Positions 45,401 to 57,400 of a stretch of 64,000 bases of DNA are shown piece after piece (the stretch's first letter is position 1; every line of letters starts with the position of its first letter). The notes beneath the pieces are model-generated. The model made no database searches. It worked only from the letters and a program-made list of their open reading frames with translations, and had not been told where the DNA came from. The stretch lies in assembly GCA_964016885.1 (NCBI GenBank), contig OZ024742.1:366420001-366484000 (forward strand). Direction: 5' to 3'. This DNA is from Eledone cirrhosa. Taxonomy: Eukaryota. A program made the position numbers and the translations under genes.

Positions 45401-48400
45401 GTGTTAGTGGTGGTGGTGTTAGTGGTAGTGGTGTTAGTGTTGGTGGTGTTAGGGGTGGTGGTGTTAGTGGTGGTGGTGTTAGTGGTGGTGGTGTTAGTGG
45501 TAGTGGTGTTAGTGGTGGTGGTGTTAGTGATAGTGGTGTTAGTGGTGGTGGTGTTGGTGGTGGTGGTGTTGGTGGTGTTAGTGTTGGTGGTGTTAGGGGT
45601 GGTGGTGTTAGTGTTGGTGGTGTTAGTGGTGGTGGTGTTAGTGGTGGTGGTGTTAGTGGTGGTGGTGTTAGGGGTGGTGTGTTAGGGGTGGTGGTGTTAG
45701 GGGTGGTGTGTTAGGGGTGGTGGTGTTAGTGGTGGTGGTGTTAGTGTTGGTGGTGTTAATGTTGGTGGTGTTAGTGGTGGTGGTGTTAGTAGTGGTGGTG
45801 TTAGTGTTGGTGGTGTTAGTGTTGGTGGTGTTAGTGTTGGTGGTGTTAGTGTTGGTGGTGTTAGGGGTGGTGGTGTTAGTGGTGTTAGAGGTGGTGGTGT
45901 TAGTGGTGGTGGTGTTAGGGGTGGTGTGTTAGGGGTGGTGGTGTTAGTGGTGGTGGTGTTAGTGTTGGTGGTGTTAGTGTTGGTGGTGTTAGTGGTGGTG
46001 GTGTTAGTAGTGGTGGTGTTAGTGTTGGTGGTGTTAGTGGTGGTGGTGTTGGTGGTGGTGGTGTTGGTGGTGTTAGTGTTGGTGGTGTTAGTGGTGGTGG
46101 TGTTAGAGGTGGTGGTGTTAGTGGTGGTAGTGTTAGTGGTGGTGGTGTTAGTGGTGGTGGTGTTAGTGGTGGTAGTGTTAGTGGTGGTGGTGTTAGTGGT
46201 GGTGGTGTTAGTGGTGGTGGTGTTAGTGGTGGTGGTGTTAGTGTTGGTGGTGTTAGTGTTGGTGGTGTTAGTGGTGGTGGTGTTAGTGGTAGTGGTGTTA
46301 GTGGTGGTGGTGTTGGTGGTGGTAGTGTTAGTGGTGGTGGTGTTAGTGGTGGTGGTGTTAGTGGTGGTGGTGTTAGTGGTGGTGGTGTTAGTGGTGGTGG
46401 TGTTAGTGGTGGTGGTGTTAGTGTTGGTGGTGTTAGTGTTGGTGGTGTTAGTGGTGGTGGTGTTAGTGGTAGTGGTGTTAGTGGTGGTGGTGTTGGTGGT
46501 GGTAGTGTTAGTGGTGGTGGTGTTAGTGGTGGTGGTGTTAGTGGTGGTGGTGTTAGTGGTAGTGGTGTTAGTGTTGGTGGTGTTAGTGGTGGTAGTGTTA
46601 GTGTTAGTGGTGTTAGTGTTGGTGGTGTTAGGGGTGGTGGTGTTAGTGGTGGTGGTGTTAGTGGTGGTGGTGTTAGTGGTAGTGGTGTTAGTGGTGGTGG
46701 TGTTAGGGGTGGTGGTGTTAGTGGTGGTGGTGTTAGTGGTGGTGGTGTTAGTGGTAGTGGTGTTAGTGTTGGTGGTGTTAGGGGTGGTGGTGTTAGTGGT
46801 GGTGGTGTTAGTGGTGGTGGTGTTAATGGTAGTGGTGTTAGTGGTGGTGGTGTTGGTGGTGGTGGTGTTGGTGGTGTTAGTGTTGGTGGTGTTAGGGGTG
46901 GTGGTGTTAGTGTTGGTGGTGTTAGTGGTGGTGGTGTTAGAGGTGGTGGTGTTAGTGGTGGTGGTGTTAGGGGTGGTGTGTTAGGGGTGGTGGTGTTAGG
47001 GGTGGTGTGTTAGGGGTGGTGGTGTTAGTGGTGGTGGTGTTAGTGTTGGTGGTGTTAGTGTTGGTGGTGTTAGTGGTGGTGGTGTTAGTAGTGGTGGTGT
47101 TAGTGTTGGTGGTGTTAGTGGTGGTGGTGTTAGTGGTGGTGGTGTTAGTGGTGGTGGTGTTAGTGGTGGTGGTGTTAGTGGTGGTGGTGTTAGTGTTGGT
47201 GGTGTTAGTGTTGGTGGTGTTAGTGGTGGTGGTGTTAGTGGTGGTGGTGTTAGTGTTGGTGGTGTTAGTGATGGTGGTGTTAGTGTTGGTGGTGTTAGTG
47301 ATGGTGGTGTTAGTGGTGGTGGTGTTAGGGGTGGTGGTGTTAGTGGTGGTGGTGTTAGTGGTGGTGTTATTAGTGGTGGTGGTGTTAGTGGTGGTGGTGT
47401 TAGTGTTAGTGGTGTTGGTGTTGGTGATGTTAGTGTTGGTGGCGTTAGTGTTGGTGGTGTTAGTGGTGGTGGTGTTAGTTGTGGTGGTGTTAGTGTTGGT
47501 GGTGTTAATATTGGTGGTGGTGTTAGTGGTGGTGGTGTTAGGGGTGGTGGTGTTAGTTTTGGTGGTGTTAGTGTTGGTGGTGTTAGGGGTGGTGGTGTTA
47601 GTGTTGGTGGTGTTAGTGGTGGTGGTGTTAGTGGTGGTGGTGTTAGTGGTGGTGGTGTTAGAGTTGATAGTGTTACTGTTGGTAGTGTTGTGTTAGTGGT
47701 GTTAGGGGTGGTGGTGTTAGTGTTGGTGGTGTTAGTGCTGTTAGTGGTGGTGGTGTTAGTGGTGGTGGTGTTAGTGGTGGTGGTGTTAGTGGTGGTGGTG
47801 TTGGTGGTGGCGGTGTTAGGGGTGGTGGTGTTAGTGGTGGTGGTATTAGTGTTGGTGGTGTTAGTGGTGTTAGTGGTGTTAGTGGTGGTGGTGTTAGTGG
47901 TGGTGGTGTTAGTGGTGGTGGTGTTAGTGGTGGTGGTGTTAGTGTTGGTGGTGTTAGGGGTGGTGGTGTTAGTGGTGGTGTGTTAGGGGTGGTGGTGTTA
48001 GTGTTGGTGGTGTTAGTGTTGGTGGTGTTAGTTGTGGTGGTGTTAGTCTTGGTGGTGTTAGTGGTGGTGGTGTTAGTGTTGGTGGTGTTAGTGGTGGTGG
48101 TGTTAGTGGTGGTGATGTTAGTGTTGGTGGTGTTAGTGGTGGTGGTGTTAGGGGTGGTGATGTTAGTGTTGGTGGTGTTAGTGGTGGTGGTGTTAGTGGT
48201 GGTGGTGTTAGTGTTGGTGGTGTTAGTGGTGGTGGTGTTAGTGGTGGTGATGTTAGTGTTGGTGGTGTTAGTGGTGGTGGTGTTAGGGGTGGTGGTGTTA
48301 GTGGTGGTGGCGTTAGTGTTGGTGGTGTTAGTGGTGGTGGTGTTAGTGGTGGTGATGTTAGTGTTGGTGGTGTTAGTGGTGGTGGTGTTAGGGGTGGTGA

Positions 48401-51400
48401 TGTTAGTGTTGGTGGTGTTTGTGGTGTTGGTGTTAGGGGTGGTGATGTTAGTGTTGGTGGTGTTAGTGTTGGTGGTGTTAGTGGTAGTGGTGTTAGTGGT
48501 GGTGGTGTTAGTGGTGGTGGTGTTAGTGTTGGTGGTGTTAGTATTGGCGGTGTTAGTGTTGGTGGTGTTAGTGTTGGTGGTGTTAGTGGTGGTGTGTTAG
48601 GGGTGGTGGTGTTAGTGGTGGTGGTGTTAGTGGTGGTGGTGTTAATGTTGGTGGCGTTAGTGTTGGTGGTGTTAGTGGTGGTGGTGTTAGTGGTGGTGGT
48701 GTTAGAGGTGGTGGTGTTAGTGGTGGTGGTGTTAGTGGTGGTGGTGTTAGTGGTTGTGGTGTTAGGGGTGGTGGTGTCAGTGTTGCTGGTGTTAGTGGTG
48801 GTGGTATTAGTGGTGGTGGTGTTAGTGGTGGTGGTGTTAGTGTTGGTGGTGTTAGTGTTGGTGGTGTTAGTGTTGGTGGTGTTAGTGGTGGTGGTGTTAG
48901 TGTTGGTGGTGTTAGGGGTGGTGGTGTTAGTGGTGGTGGTGTTAGTGGTGGTGGTGTTAGTGATGGTGGTGTTAGTGGTAGTGGTGTTAGTGGTGGTGGT
49001 GTTGGTGGTGTTGGTGGTGTTAGTGTTGGCGGTGTTAGTGTTGGTGGTGTTAGTGTTGGTGGTGTTAGTGGTGGTGGTGTTAGTGGTGGTGGTGTTAGGG
49101 GTGGTGGTGTTAGTGGTGGTGGTGTTAGTGTTGGTGGTGTTAGTGTTGGCGGTGTTAGTGTTGGTGGTGTTAGTGTTGGTGGTGTTAGTGGTGGTGGTGT
49201 TAGTGGTGGTGGTGTTAGTGGTGGTGGTGTTAGTGTTGGTGGTGTTAGTGTTGGTGGTGTTAGTGTTGGCGGTGTTAGTGTTGGTGGTGTTAGTGTTGGT
49301 GGTGTTAGTGGTGGTGTTGTTAGTGGTGGTGGTGTTAGTGGTGGTGGTGTTAGTGGTGGTGGTGTTAGTGGTGGTGGTGTTAGTGGTGGTGGTGTTAGTG
49401 TTGGTGGTGTTAGTGTTGGTGGTGTTAGTGTTGGTGGTGTTAGTGTTGGTGGTGTTAGTGGTGGTGGTGTTAGTGGTGGTGGTGTTAGGGGTGGTGGTGT
49501 TGGTGTTGGTGGTGTTAGTGGTGGTGGTGTTAGTGTTGGTGGTGTTAGTGTTGGTGGTGTTAGTGGTGGTGGTGTTAGTGGTGGTGGTGTTAGTGGTGGT
49601 GGTGTTAGGGGTGGTGGTGTTAGTGTTGGTGGTGTTAGTGTTGGTGGTGTTAGTGTTGGTGGTGTTAGTGGTGGTGGTGTTAGTGGTGGTGGTGTTAGGG
49701 TGGTGGTGTTAGTGTTGGTGGTGTTAGTGTTGGCGGTGTTAGTGTTGGTGGTGTTAGTGTTGGTGGTGTTAGTGTTGGTGGTGTTAGTGGTGGTGGTGTT
49801 AGTGGTGGTGGTGGTGTTAGTGGTGGTGGTGTTAGTGGTGGTGGTGTTAGTGGTGGTGGTGTTAGTGTTGGTGGTGTTAGTGTTGGTGGTGTTAGTGTTG
49901 GTGGTGTTAGTGTTGGTGGTGTTAGTGGTGGTGGTGTTAGTGGTGGTGGTGTTAGTGGTGGTGGTGTTGGTGTTGGTGGTGTTAGTGGTGGTGGTGTTAG
50001 TGTTGGTGGTGTTAGTGTTGGTGGTGTTAGTGGTGGTGGTGTTGGTGGTGGTAGTGGTAGTGGTGGTGGTGTTAGTGTTGGTGGTGTTAGTGGTGGTGGT
50101 GTTAGTGGTGGTGGTGTTAGTGGTGGTGGTGTTAGTGGTGGTGGTGTTAGTGTTGGTGGTGTTAGTGTTGGTGGTGTTAGTGTTGGTGGTGTTAGTGGTG
50201 GTGGTGTTAGTGGTGGTGGTGTTAGTGGCGGTGGTGTTAGTGTTGGTGGTGTTAGTGTTGGTGGTGTTAGTGGTGGTGGTGTTAGTGGTAGTGGTGTTAG
50301 TGGTGGTGGTGTTGGTGGTGGTAGTGTTAGTGGTGGTGGTGTTAGTGGTGGTGGTGTTAGTGGTGGTGGTGTTAGTGGTGGTGGTGTTAGTGGTGGTGGT
50401 GTTAGTGGTGGTGGTGTTAGTGGTGGTGGTGTTAGTGTTGGTGGTGTTAGTGTTGGTGGTGTTAGTGGTGGTGGTGTTAGTGGTAGTGGTGTTAGTGGTG
50501 GTGGTGTTGGTGGTGGTAGTGTTAGTGGTGGTGGTGTTAGTGGTGGTGGTGTTAGTGGTGGTGGTGTTAGTGGTAGTGGTGTTAGTGTTGGTGGTGTTAG
50601 TGGTGGTAGTGTTAGTGTTAGTGGTGTTAGTGTTGGTGGTGTTAGGGGTGGTGGTGTTAGTGGTGGTGGTGTTAGTGGTGGTGGTGTTAGTGGTAGTGGT
50701 GTTAGTGGTGGTGGTGTTAGGGGTGGTGGTGTTAGTGGTGGTGGTGTTAGTGGTGGTGGTGTTAGTGGTAGTGGTGTTAGTGTTGGTGGTGTTAGGGGTG
50801 GTGGTGTTAGTGGTGGTGGTGTTAGTGGTGGTGGTGTTAGTGGTAGTGGTGTTAGTGGTGGTGGTGTTGGTGGTGGTGGTGTTGGTGGTGTTAGTGTTGG
50901 TGGTGTTAGGGGTGGTGGTGTTAGTGTTGGTGGTGTTAGTGGTGGTGGTGTTAGAGGTGGTGGTGTTAGTGGTGGTGGTGTTAGGGGTGGTGTGTTATGG
51001 GTGGTGGTGTTAGGGGTGGTGTGTTAGGGGTGGTGGTGTTAGTGGTGGTAGTGTTAGTGTTGGTGGTGTTAGTGTTGGTGGTGTTAGTGGTGGTGGTGTT
51101 AGTAGTGGTGGTGTTAGTGTTGGTGGTGTTAGTGTTGGTGGTGTTAGTGTTGGTGGTGTTAGTGTTGGTGGTGTTAGGGGTGGTGGTGTTAGTGGTGGTG
51201 GTGTTAGAGGTGGTGGTGTTAGTGGTGGTGGTGTTAGGGGTGGTGTGTTAGGGGTGGTGGTGTTAGTGGTGGTGGTGTTAGTGTTGGTGGTGTTAGTGTT
51301 GGTGGTGTTAGTGGTGGTGGTGTTAGTAGTGGTGGTGTTAGTGTTGGTGGTGTTAGTGGTGGTGGTGTTGGTGGTGGTGGGGTTGGTGGTGTTAGTGTTG

Positions 51401-54400
51401 GTGGTGTTAGGGGTGGTGGTGTTAGTGTTGGTGGTGTTAGTGGTGGTGGTGTTAGAGGTGGTGGTGTTAGTGGTGGTAGTGTTAGTGGTGGTGGTGTTAG
51501 TGGTGGTGGTGTTAGTGGTGGTAGTGTTAGTGGTGGTGGTGTTAGTGGTGGTGGTGTTAGTGGTGGTGGTGTTAGTGGTAGTGGTGTTAGTGGTGGTGGT
51601 GTTGGTGGTGGTGGTGTTGGTGGTGTTAGTGTTGGTGGTGTTAGGGGTGGTGATGTTAGTGTTGGTGGTGTTCGTGGTGGTGGTGTTAGGGGTGGTGATG
51701 TTAGTGTTGGTGGTGTTAGTGTTGGTGGTGTTAGTGGTAGTGGTGTTAGTGGTGGTGGGGTTAGTGGTGGTGGTGTTAGTGTTGGTGGTGTTAGTGGTGG
51801 TGGTGTTAGGGGTGGTGATGTTAGTGTTGGTGGTGTTAGTGTAGGTGGTGTTAGTGTTGGTGGTGTTAGTGGTGGTAGTGTTAGTGTTAGTGGTGTTAGT
51901 GTTGGTGGTGTTAGGGGTGGTGGTGTTAGTGGTGGTGGTGTTAGTGGTGGTGGTGTTAGTGGTAGTGGTGTTAGTGGTGGTGGTGTTAGGGGTGGTGGTG
52001 TTAGTGGTGGTGGTGTTAGTGGTGGTGGTGTTAGTGGTAGTGGTGTTAGTGTTGGTGGTGTTAGGGGTGGTGGTGTTAGTGGTGGTGGTGTTAGTGGTGG
52101 TGGTGTTAGTGGTAGTGGTGTTAGTGGTGGTGGTGTTGGTGGTGGTGGTGTTGGTGGTGTTAGTGTTGGTGGTGTTAGGGGTGGTGGTGTTAGTGTTGGT
52201 GGTGTTAGTGGTGGTGGTGTTAGAGGTGGTGGTGTTAGTGGTGGCGGTGTTAGGGGTGGTGTGTTAGGGGTGGTGGTGTTAGGGGGGGTGTGTTAGGGGT
52301 GGTGGTGTTAGTGGTGGTGGTGTTAGTGTTGGTGGTGTTAGTGTTGGTGGTGTTAGTGGTGGTGGTGTTAGTAGTGGTGGTGTTAGTGTTGGTGGTGTTA
52401 GTGTTGGTGGTGTTAGTGTTGGTGGTGTTAGTGTTGGTGGTGTTAGGGGTGGTGGTGTTAGTGGTGGTGGTGTTAGAGGTGGTGGTGTTAGTGGTGGTGG
52501 TGTTAGGGGTGGTGTGTTAGGGGTGGTGGTGTTAGTGGTGGTGGTGTTAGTGTTGGTGGTGTTAGTGTTGGTGGTGTTAGTGGTGGTGGTGTTAGTAGTG
52601 GTGGTGTTAGTGTTGGTGGTGTTAGTGGTGGTGGTGTTGGTGGTGGTGGTGTTGGTGGTGTTAGTGTTGGTGGTGTTAGGGGTGGTGGTGTTAGTGTTGG
52701 TGGTGTTAGTGGTGGTGGTGTTAGAGGTGGTGGTGTTAGTGGTGGTAGTGTTAGTGGTGGTGGTGTTAGTGGTGGTGGTGTTAGTGGTGGTAGTGTTAGT
52801 GGTGGTGGTGTTAGTGGTGGTGGTGTTAGTGGTGGTGGTGTTAGTGGTAGTGGTGTTAGTGGTGGTGGTGTTGGTGGTGGTGGTGTTGGTGGTGTTAGTG
52901 TTGGTGGTGTTAGGGGTGGTGATGTTAGTGTTGGTGGTGTTCGTGGTGGTGGTGTTAGGGGTGGTGATGTTAGTGTTGGTGGTGTTAGTGTTGGTGGTGT
53001 TAGTGGTAGTGGTGTTAGTGGTGGTGGTGTTAGTGGTGGTGGTGTTAGTGTTGGTGGTGTTAGTGGTGGTGGTGTTAGGGGTGGTGATGTTAGTGTTGGT
53101 GGTGTTAGTGTAGGTGGTGTTAGTGTTGGTGGTGTTAATGTTGGTGGTGTTAGGGGTGGTGATGTTAGTGTTGGTGGTGTTCGTGGTGGTGGTGTTAGGG
53201 GTGGTGATGTTAGTGTTGGTGGTGTTAGTGTTGGTGGTGTTAGTGGTAGTGGTGTTAGTGGTGGTGGTGTTAGTGGTGGTGGTGTTAGTGTTGGTGGTGT
53301 TAGTGTTGGCGGTGTTAGTGTTGGTGGTGTTAGTGTTGGTGGTGTTAGTGGTGGTGTGTTAGGGGTGGTGGTGTTAGTGGTGGTGGTGTTAGTGGTGGTG
53401 GTGTTAGTGGTGGTGGTGTTAGTGGTGGTGGTGTTAATGTTGGTGGCGTTAGTGTTGGTGGTGTTAGTGGTGGTGGTGTTAGTGGTGGTGGTGTTAGAGG
53501 TGGTGGTGTTAGTGGTGGTGGTGTTAGTGGTTGTGGTGTTAGGGGTGGTGGTGTCAGTGTTGCTGGTGTTAGTGGTGGTGGTATTAGTGGTGGTGGTGTT
53601 AGTGTTGGTGGTGTTAGTGTTGGTGGTGTTAGTGTTGGTGGTGTTAGTGTTGGTGGTGTTAGTGGTGGTGGTGTTAGTGTTGGTGGTGTTAGGGGTGGTG
53701 GTGTTAGTGGTGGTGGTGTTAGTGGTGGTGGTGTTAGTGATGGTGGTGTTAGTGGTAGTGGTGTTAGTGGTGGTGGTGTTGGTGGTGTTGGTGGTGTTAG
53801 TGTTGGCGGTGTTAGTGTTGGTGGTGTTAGTGTTGGTGGTGTTAGTGGTGGTGGTGTTAGTGGTGGTGGTGTTAGGGGTGGTGGTGTTAGTGGTGGTGGT
53901 GTTAGTGTTGGTGGTGTTAGTGTTGGCGGTGTTAGTGTTGGTGGTGTTAGTGTTGGTGGTGTTAGTGGTGGTGGTGTTAGTGGTGGTGGTGTTAGTGGTG
54001 GTGGTGTTAGGGGTGGTGGTGTTAGTGTTGGTGGTGTTAGTTTTGGTGGTGTTAGTGGTGGTGGTGTTAGGGGTGGTGGTGTTAGTGGTGGTGGTGTTAG
54101 TGGTGGTGGTGTTAGTGGTAGTGGTGTTAGTGTTGGTGGTGTTAGGGGTGGTGGTGTTAGTGGTGGTGGTGTTAGTGGTTGTGGTGTTAGTGGTAGTGGT
54201 GTTAGTGGTGGCGGTGTTGGTGGTGGTGGTGTTGATGGTGTTAGTGTTGGTGGTGTTAGGGGTGGTGGTGTTAGTGTTGGTGGTGTTAGTGGTGGTGGTG
54301 TTAGAGGTGGTGGTGTTAGTGGTGGTGGTGTTAGGGGTGGTGTGTTAGGGGTGGTGGTGTTAGGGGTGGTGTGTTAGGGGTGGTGGTGTTAGTGTTGGTG

Positions 54401-57400
54401 GTGTTAGTGTTGGTGGTGTTAGTGTTGGTGGTGTTAGTGGTGGTGGTGTTAGTAGTGGTGGTGTTAGTGTTGGTGGTGTTAGTGTTGGTGGTGTTAGTGT
54501 TGGTGGTGTTAGTGTTGGTGGTGTTAGGGGTGGTGGTGTTAGTGGTGGTGGTGTTAGAGGTGGTGGTGTTAGTGGTGGTGGTGTTAGGGGTGGTGTGTTA
54601 GGGGTGGTGGTGTTAGTGGTGGTGGTGTTAGTGTTGGTGGTGTTAGTGTTGGTGGTGTTAGTGGTGGTGGTGTTAGTAGTGGTGGTGTTAGTGTTGGTGG
54701 TGTTAGTGGTGGTGGTGTTGGTGGTGGTGGTGTTGGTGGTGTTAGTGTTGGTGGTGTTAGGGGTGGTGGTGTTAGTGTTGGTGGTGTTAGTGGTGGTGGT
54801 GTTAGAGGTGGTGGTGTTAGTGGTGGTAGTGTAAGTGGTGGTGGTGTTAGTGGTGGTGGTGTTAGTGGTAGTGGTGTTAGTGGTGGTGGTGTTGGTGGTG
54901 GTGGTGTTGGTGGTGTTAGTGTTGGTGGTGTTAGGGGTGGTGATGTTAGTGTTGGTGGTGTTCGTGGTGGTGGTGTTAGGGGTGGTGATGTTAGTGTTGG
55001 TGGTGTTAGTGTTGGTGGTGTTAGTGGTAGTGGTGTTAGTGGTGGTGGTGTTAGTGGTGGTGGTGTTAGTGTTGGTGGTGTTAGTGGTGGTGGTGTTAGG
55101 GGTGGTGATGTTAGTGTTGGTGGTGTTAGTGTAGGTGGTGTTAGTGTTGGTGGTGTTAATGTTGGTGGTGTTAGGGGTGGTGATGTTAGTGTTGGTGGTG
55201 TTCGTGGTGGTGGTGTTAGGGGTGGTGATGTTAGTGTTGGTGGTGTTAGTGTTGGTGGTGTTAGTGGTAGTGGTGTTAGTGGTGGTGGTGTTAGTGGTGG
55301 TGGTGTTAGTGTTGGTGGTGTTAGTGTTGGCGGTGTTAGTGTTGGTGGTGTTAGTGTTGGTGGTGTTAGTGGTGGTGTGTTAGGGGTGGTGGTGTTAGTG
55401 GTGGTGGTGTTAGTGGTGGTGGTGTTAGTGGTGGTGGTGTTAGTGGTGGTGGTGTTAATGTTGGTGGCGTTAGTGTTGGTGGTGTTAGTGGTGGTGGTGT
55501 TAGTGGTGGTGGTGTTAGAGGTGGTGGTGTTAGTGGTGGTGGTGTTAGTGGTTGTGGTGTTAGGGGTGGTGGTGTCAGTGTTGCTGGTGTTAGTGGTGGT
55601 GGTATTAGTGGTGGTGGTGTTAGTGGTGGTGGTGTTAGTGTTGGTGGTGTTAGTGTTGGTGGTGTTAGTGTTGGTGGTGTTAGTGGTGGTGGTGTTAGTG
55701 TTGGTGGTGTTAGGGGTGGTGGTGTTAGTGGTGGTGGTGTTAGTGGTGGTGGTGTTAGTGATGGTGGTGTTAGTGGTAGTGGTGTTAGTGGTGGTGGTGT
55801 TGGTGGTGTTGGTGGTGTTAGTGTTGGCGGTGTTAGTGTTGGTGGTGTTAGTGTTGGTGGTGTTAGTGGTGGTGGTGTTAGTGGTGGTGGTGTTACGGGT
55901 GGTGGTGTTAGTGGTGGTGGTGTTAGTGTTGGTGGTGTTAGTGTTGGCGGTGTTAGTGTTGGTGGTGTTAGTGTTGGTGGTGTTAGTGGTGGTGGTGTTA
56001 GTGGTGGTGGTGTTAGTGGTGGTGGTGTTAGGGGTGGTGGTGTTAGTGTTGGTGGTGTTAGTTTTGGTGGTGTTAGTGTTGGTGGTGTTAGTGGTGGTGG
56101 TGTTAGTGGTGGTGGTGTTAGGGGTGGTGGTGTTAGTGTTGGTGGTGTTAGTGTTGGTGGTGTTAGTGTTGGCGGTGTTAGTGTTGGTGGTGTTAGTGTT
56201 GGTGGTGTTAGTGGTGGTGGTGTTAGTGGTGGTGGTGTTAGTGGTGGTGGTGTTAGTGGTGGTGGTGTTAGTGGTGGTGGTGTTAGTGGTGGTGGTGTTA
56301 GTGTTGGTGGTGTTAGTGTTGGTGGTGTTAGTGTTGGTGGTGTTAGTGGTGGTGGTGTTAGTGGTGGTGGTGTTAGTGGTGGTGGTGTTGGTATTGGTGG
56401 TGTTAGTGGTGGTGGTGTTAGTGTTGGTGGTGTTAGTGTTGGTGGTGTTAGTGGTGGTGGTGTTAGTGGTGGTGGTGTTAGTGGTGGTGGTGTTAGGGGT
56501 GGTGGTGTTAGTGTTGGTGGTGTTAGTGTTGGTGGTGTTAGTGTTGGTGGTGTTAGTGGTGGTGGTGTTAGTGGTGGTGGTGTTAGGGGTGGTGGTGTTA
56601 GTGTTGGTGGTGTTAGTGTTGGTGGTATTAGTGTTGGCGGTGTTAGTGTTGGTGGTGTTAGTGTTGGTGGTGTTAGTGGTGGTGGTGTTAGTGGTGGTGG
56701 TGTTAGTGGTGGTGGTGTTAGTGGTGGTGGTGTTAGTGGTGGTGGTGTTAGTGGTGGTGGTGATAGTGTTGGTGGTGTTAGTGTTGGTGGTGTTAGTGTT
56801 GGTGGTGTTAGTGTTGCTGGTGTTAGTGGTGGTGGTGTTAGTGGTGGTGGTGTTAGTGGTGGTGGTGTTGGTGTTGGTGGTGTTAGTGGTGGTGGTGTTA
56901 GTGTAGGTGGTGTTAGTGTTGGTGGTGTTAGTGGTGGTGGTGTTGGTGGTGGTAGTGTTAGTGGTGGTGGTGTTAGTGTTGGTGGTGTTAGTGGTAGTGG
57001 TGTTAGTGGTGGTGGTGTTAGTGGTGGTGGTGTTAGTGGTGGTGGTGTTAGTGTTGATGGTGTTAGTGTTGGTGGTGTTAGTGTTGGTGGTGTTAGTGGT
57101 GGTGGTGTTAGTGGTGGTGGTGTTAGTGGTGGTGGTGTTAGTGTTGGTGGTGTTAGTGTTGGTGGTGTTAGTGGTGGTGGTGTTAGTGGTAGTGGTGTTA
57201 GTGGTGGTGGTGTTGGTGGTGGTAGTGTTAGTGGTGGTGGTGTTAGTGGTGGTGGTGTTAGTGGTGGTGGTGTTAGTGGTGGTGGTGTTAGTGGTGGTGG
57301 TGTTAGTGGTGGTGGTGTTAGTGTTGGTGGTGTTAGTGTTGGTGGTGTTAGTGGTGGTGGTGTTGGTGGTGGTAGTGTTAGTGGTGGTGGTGTTAGTGGT

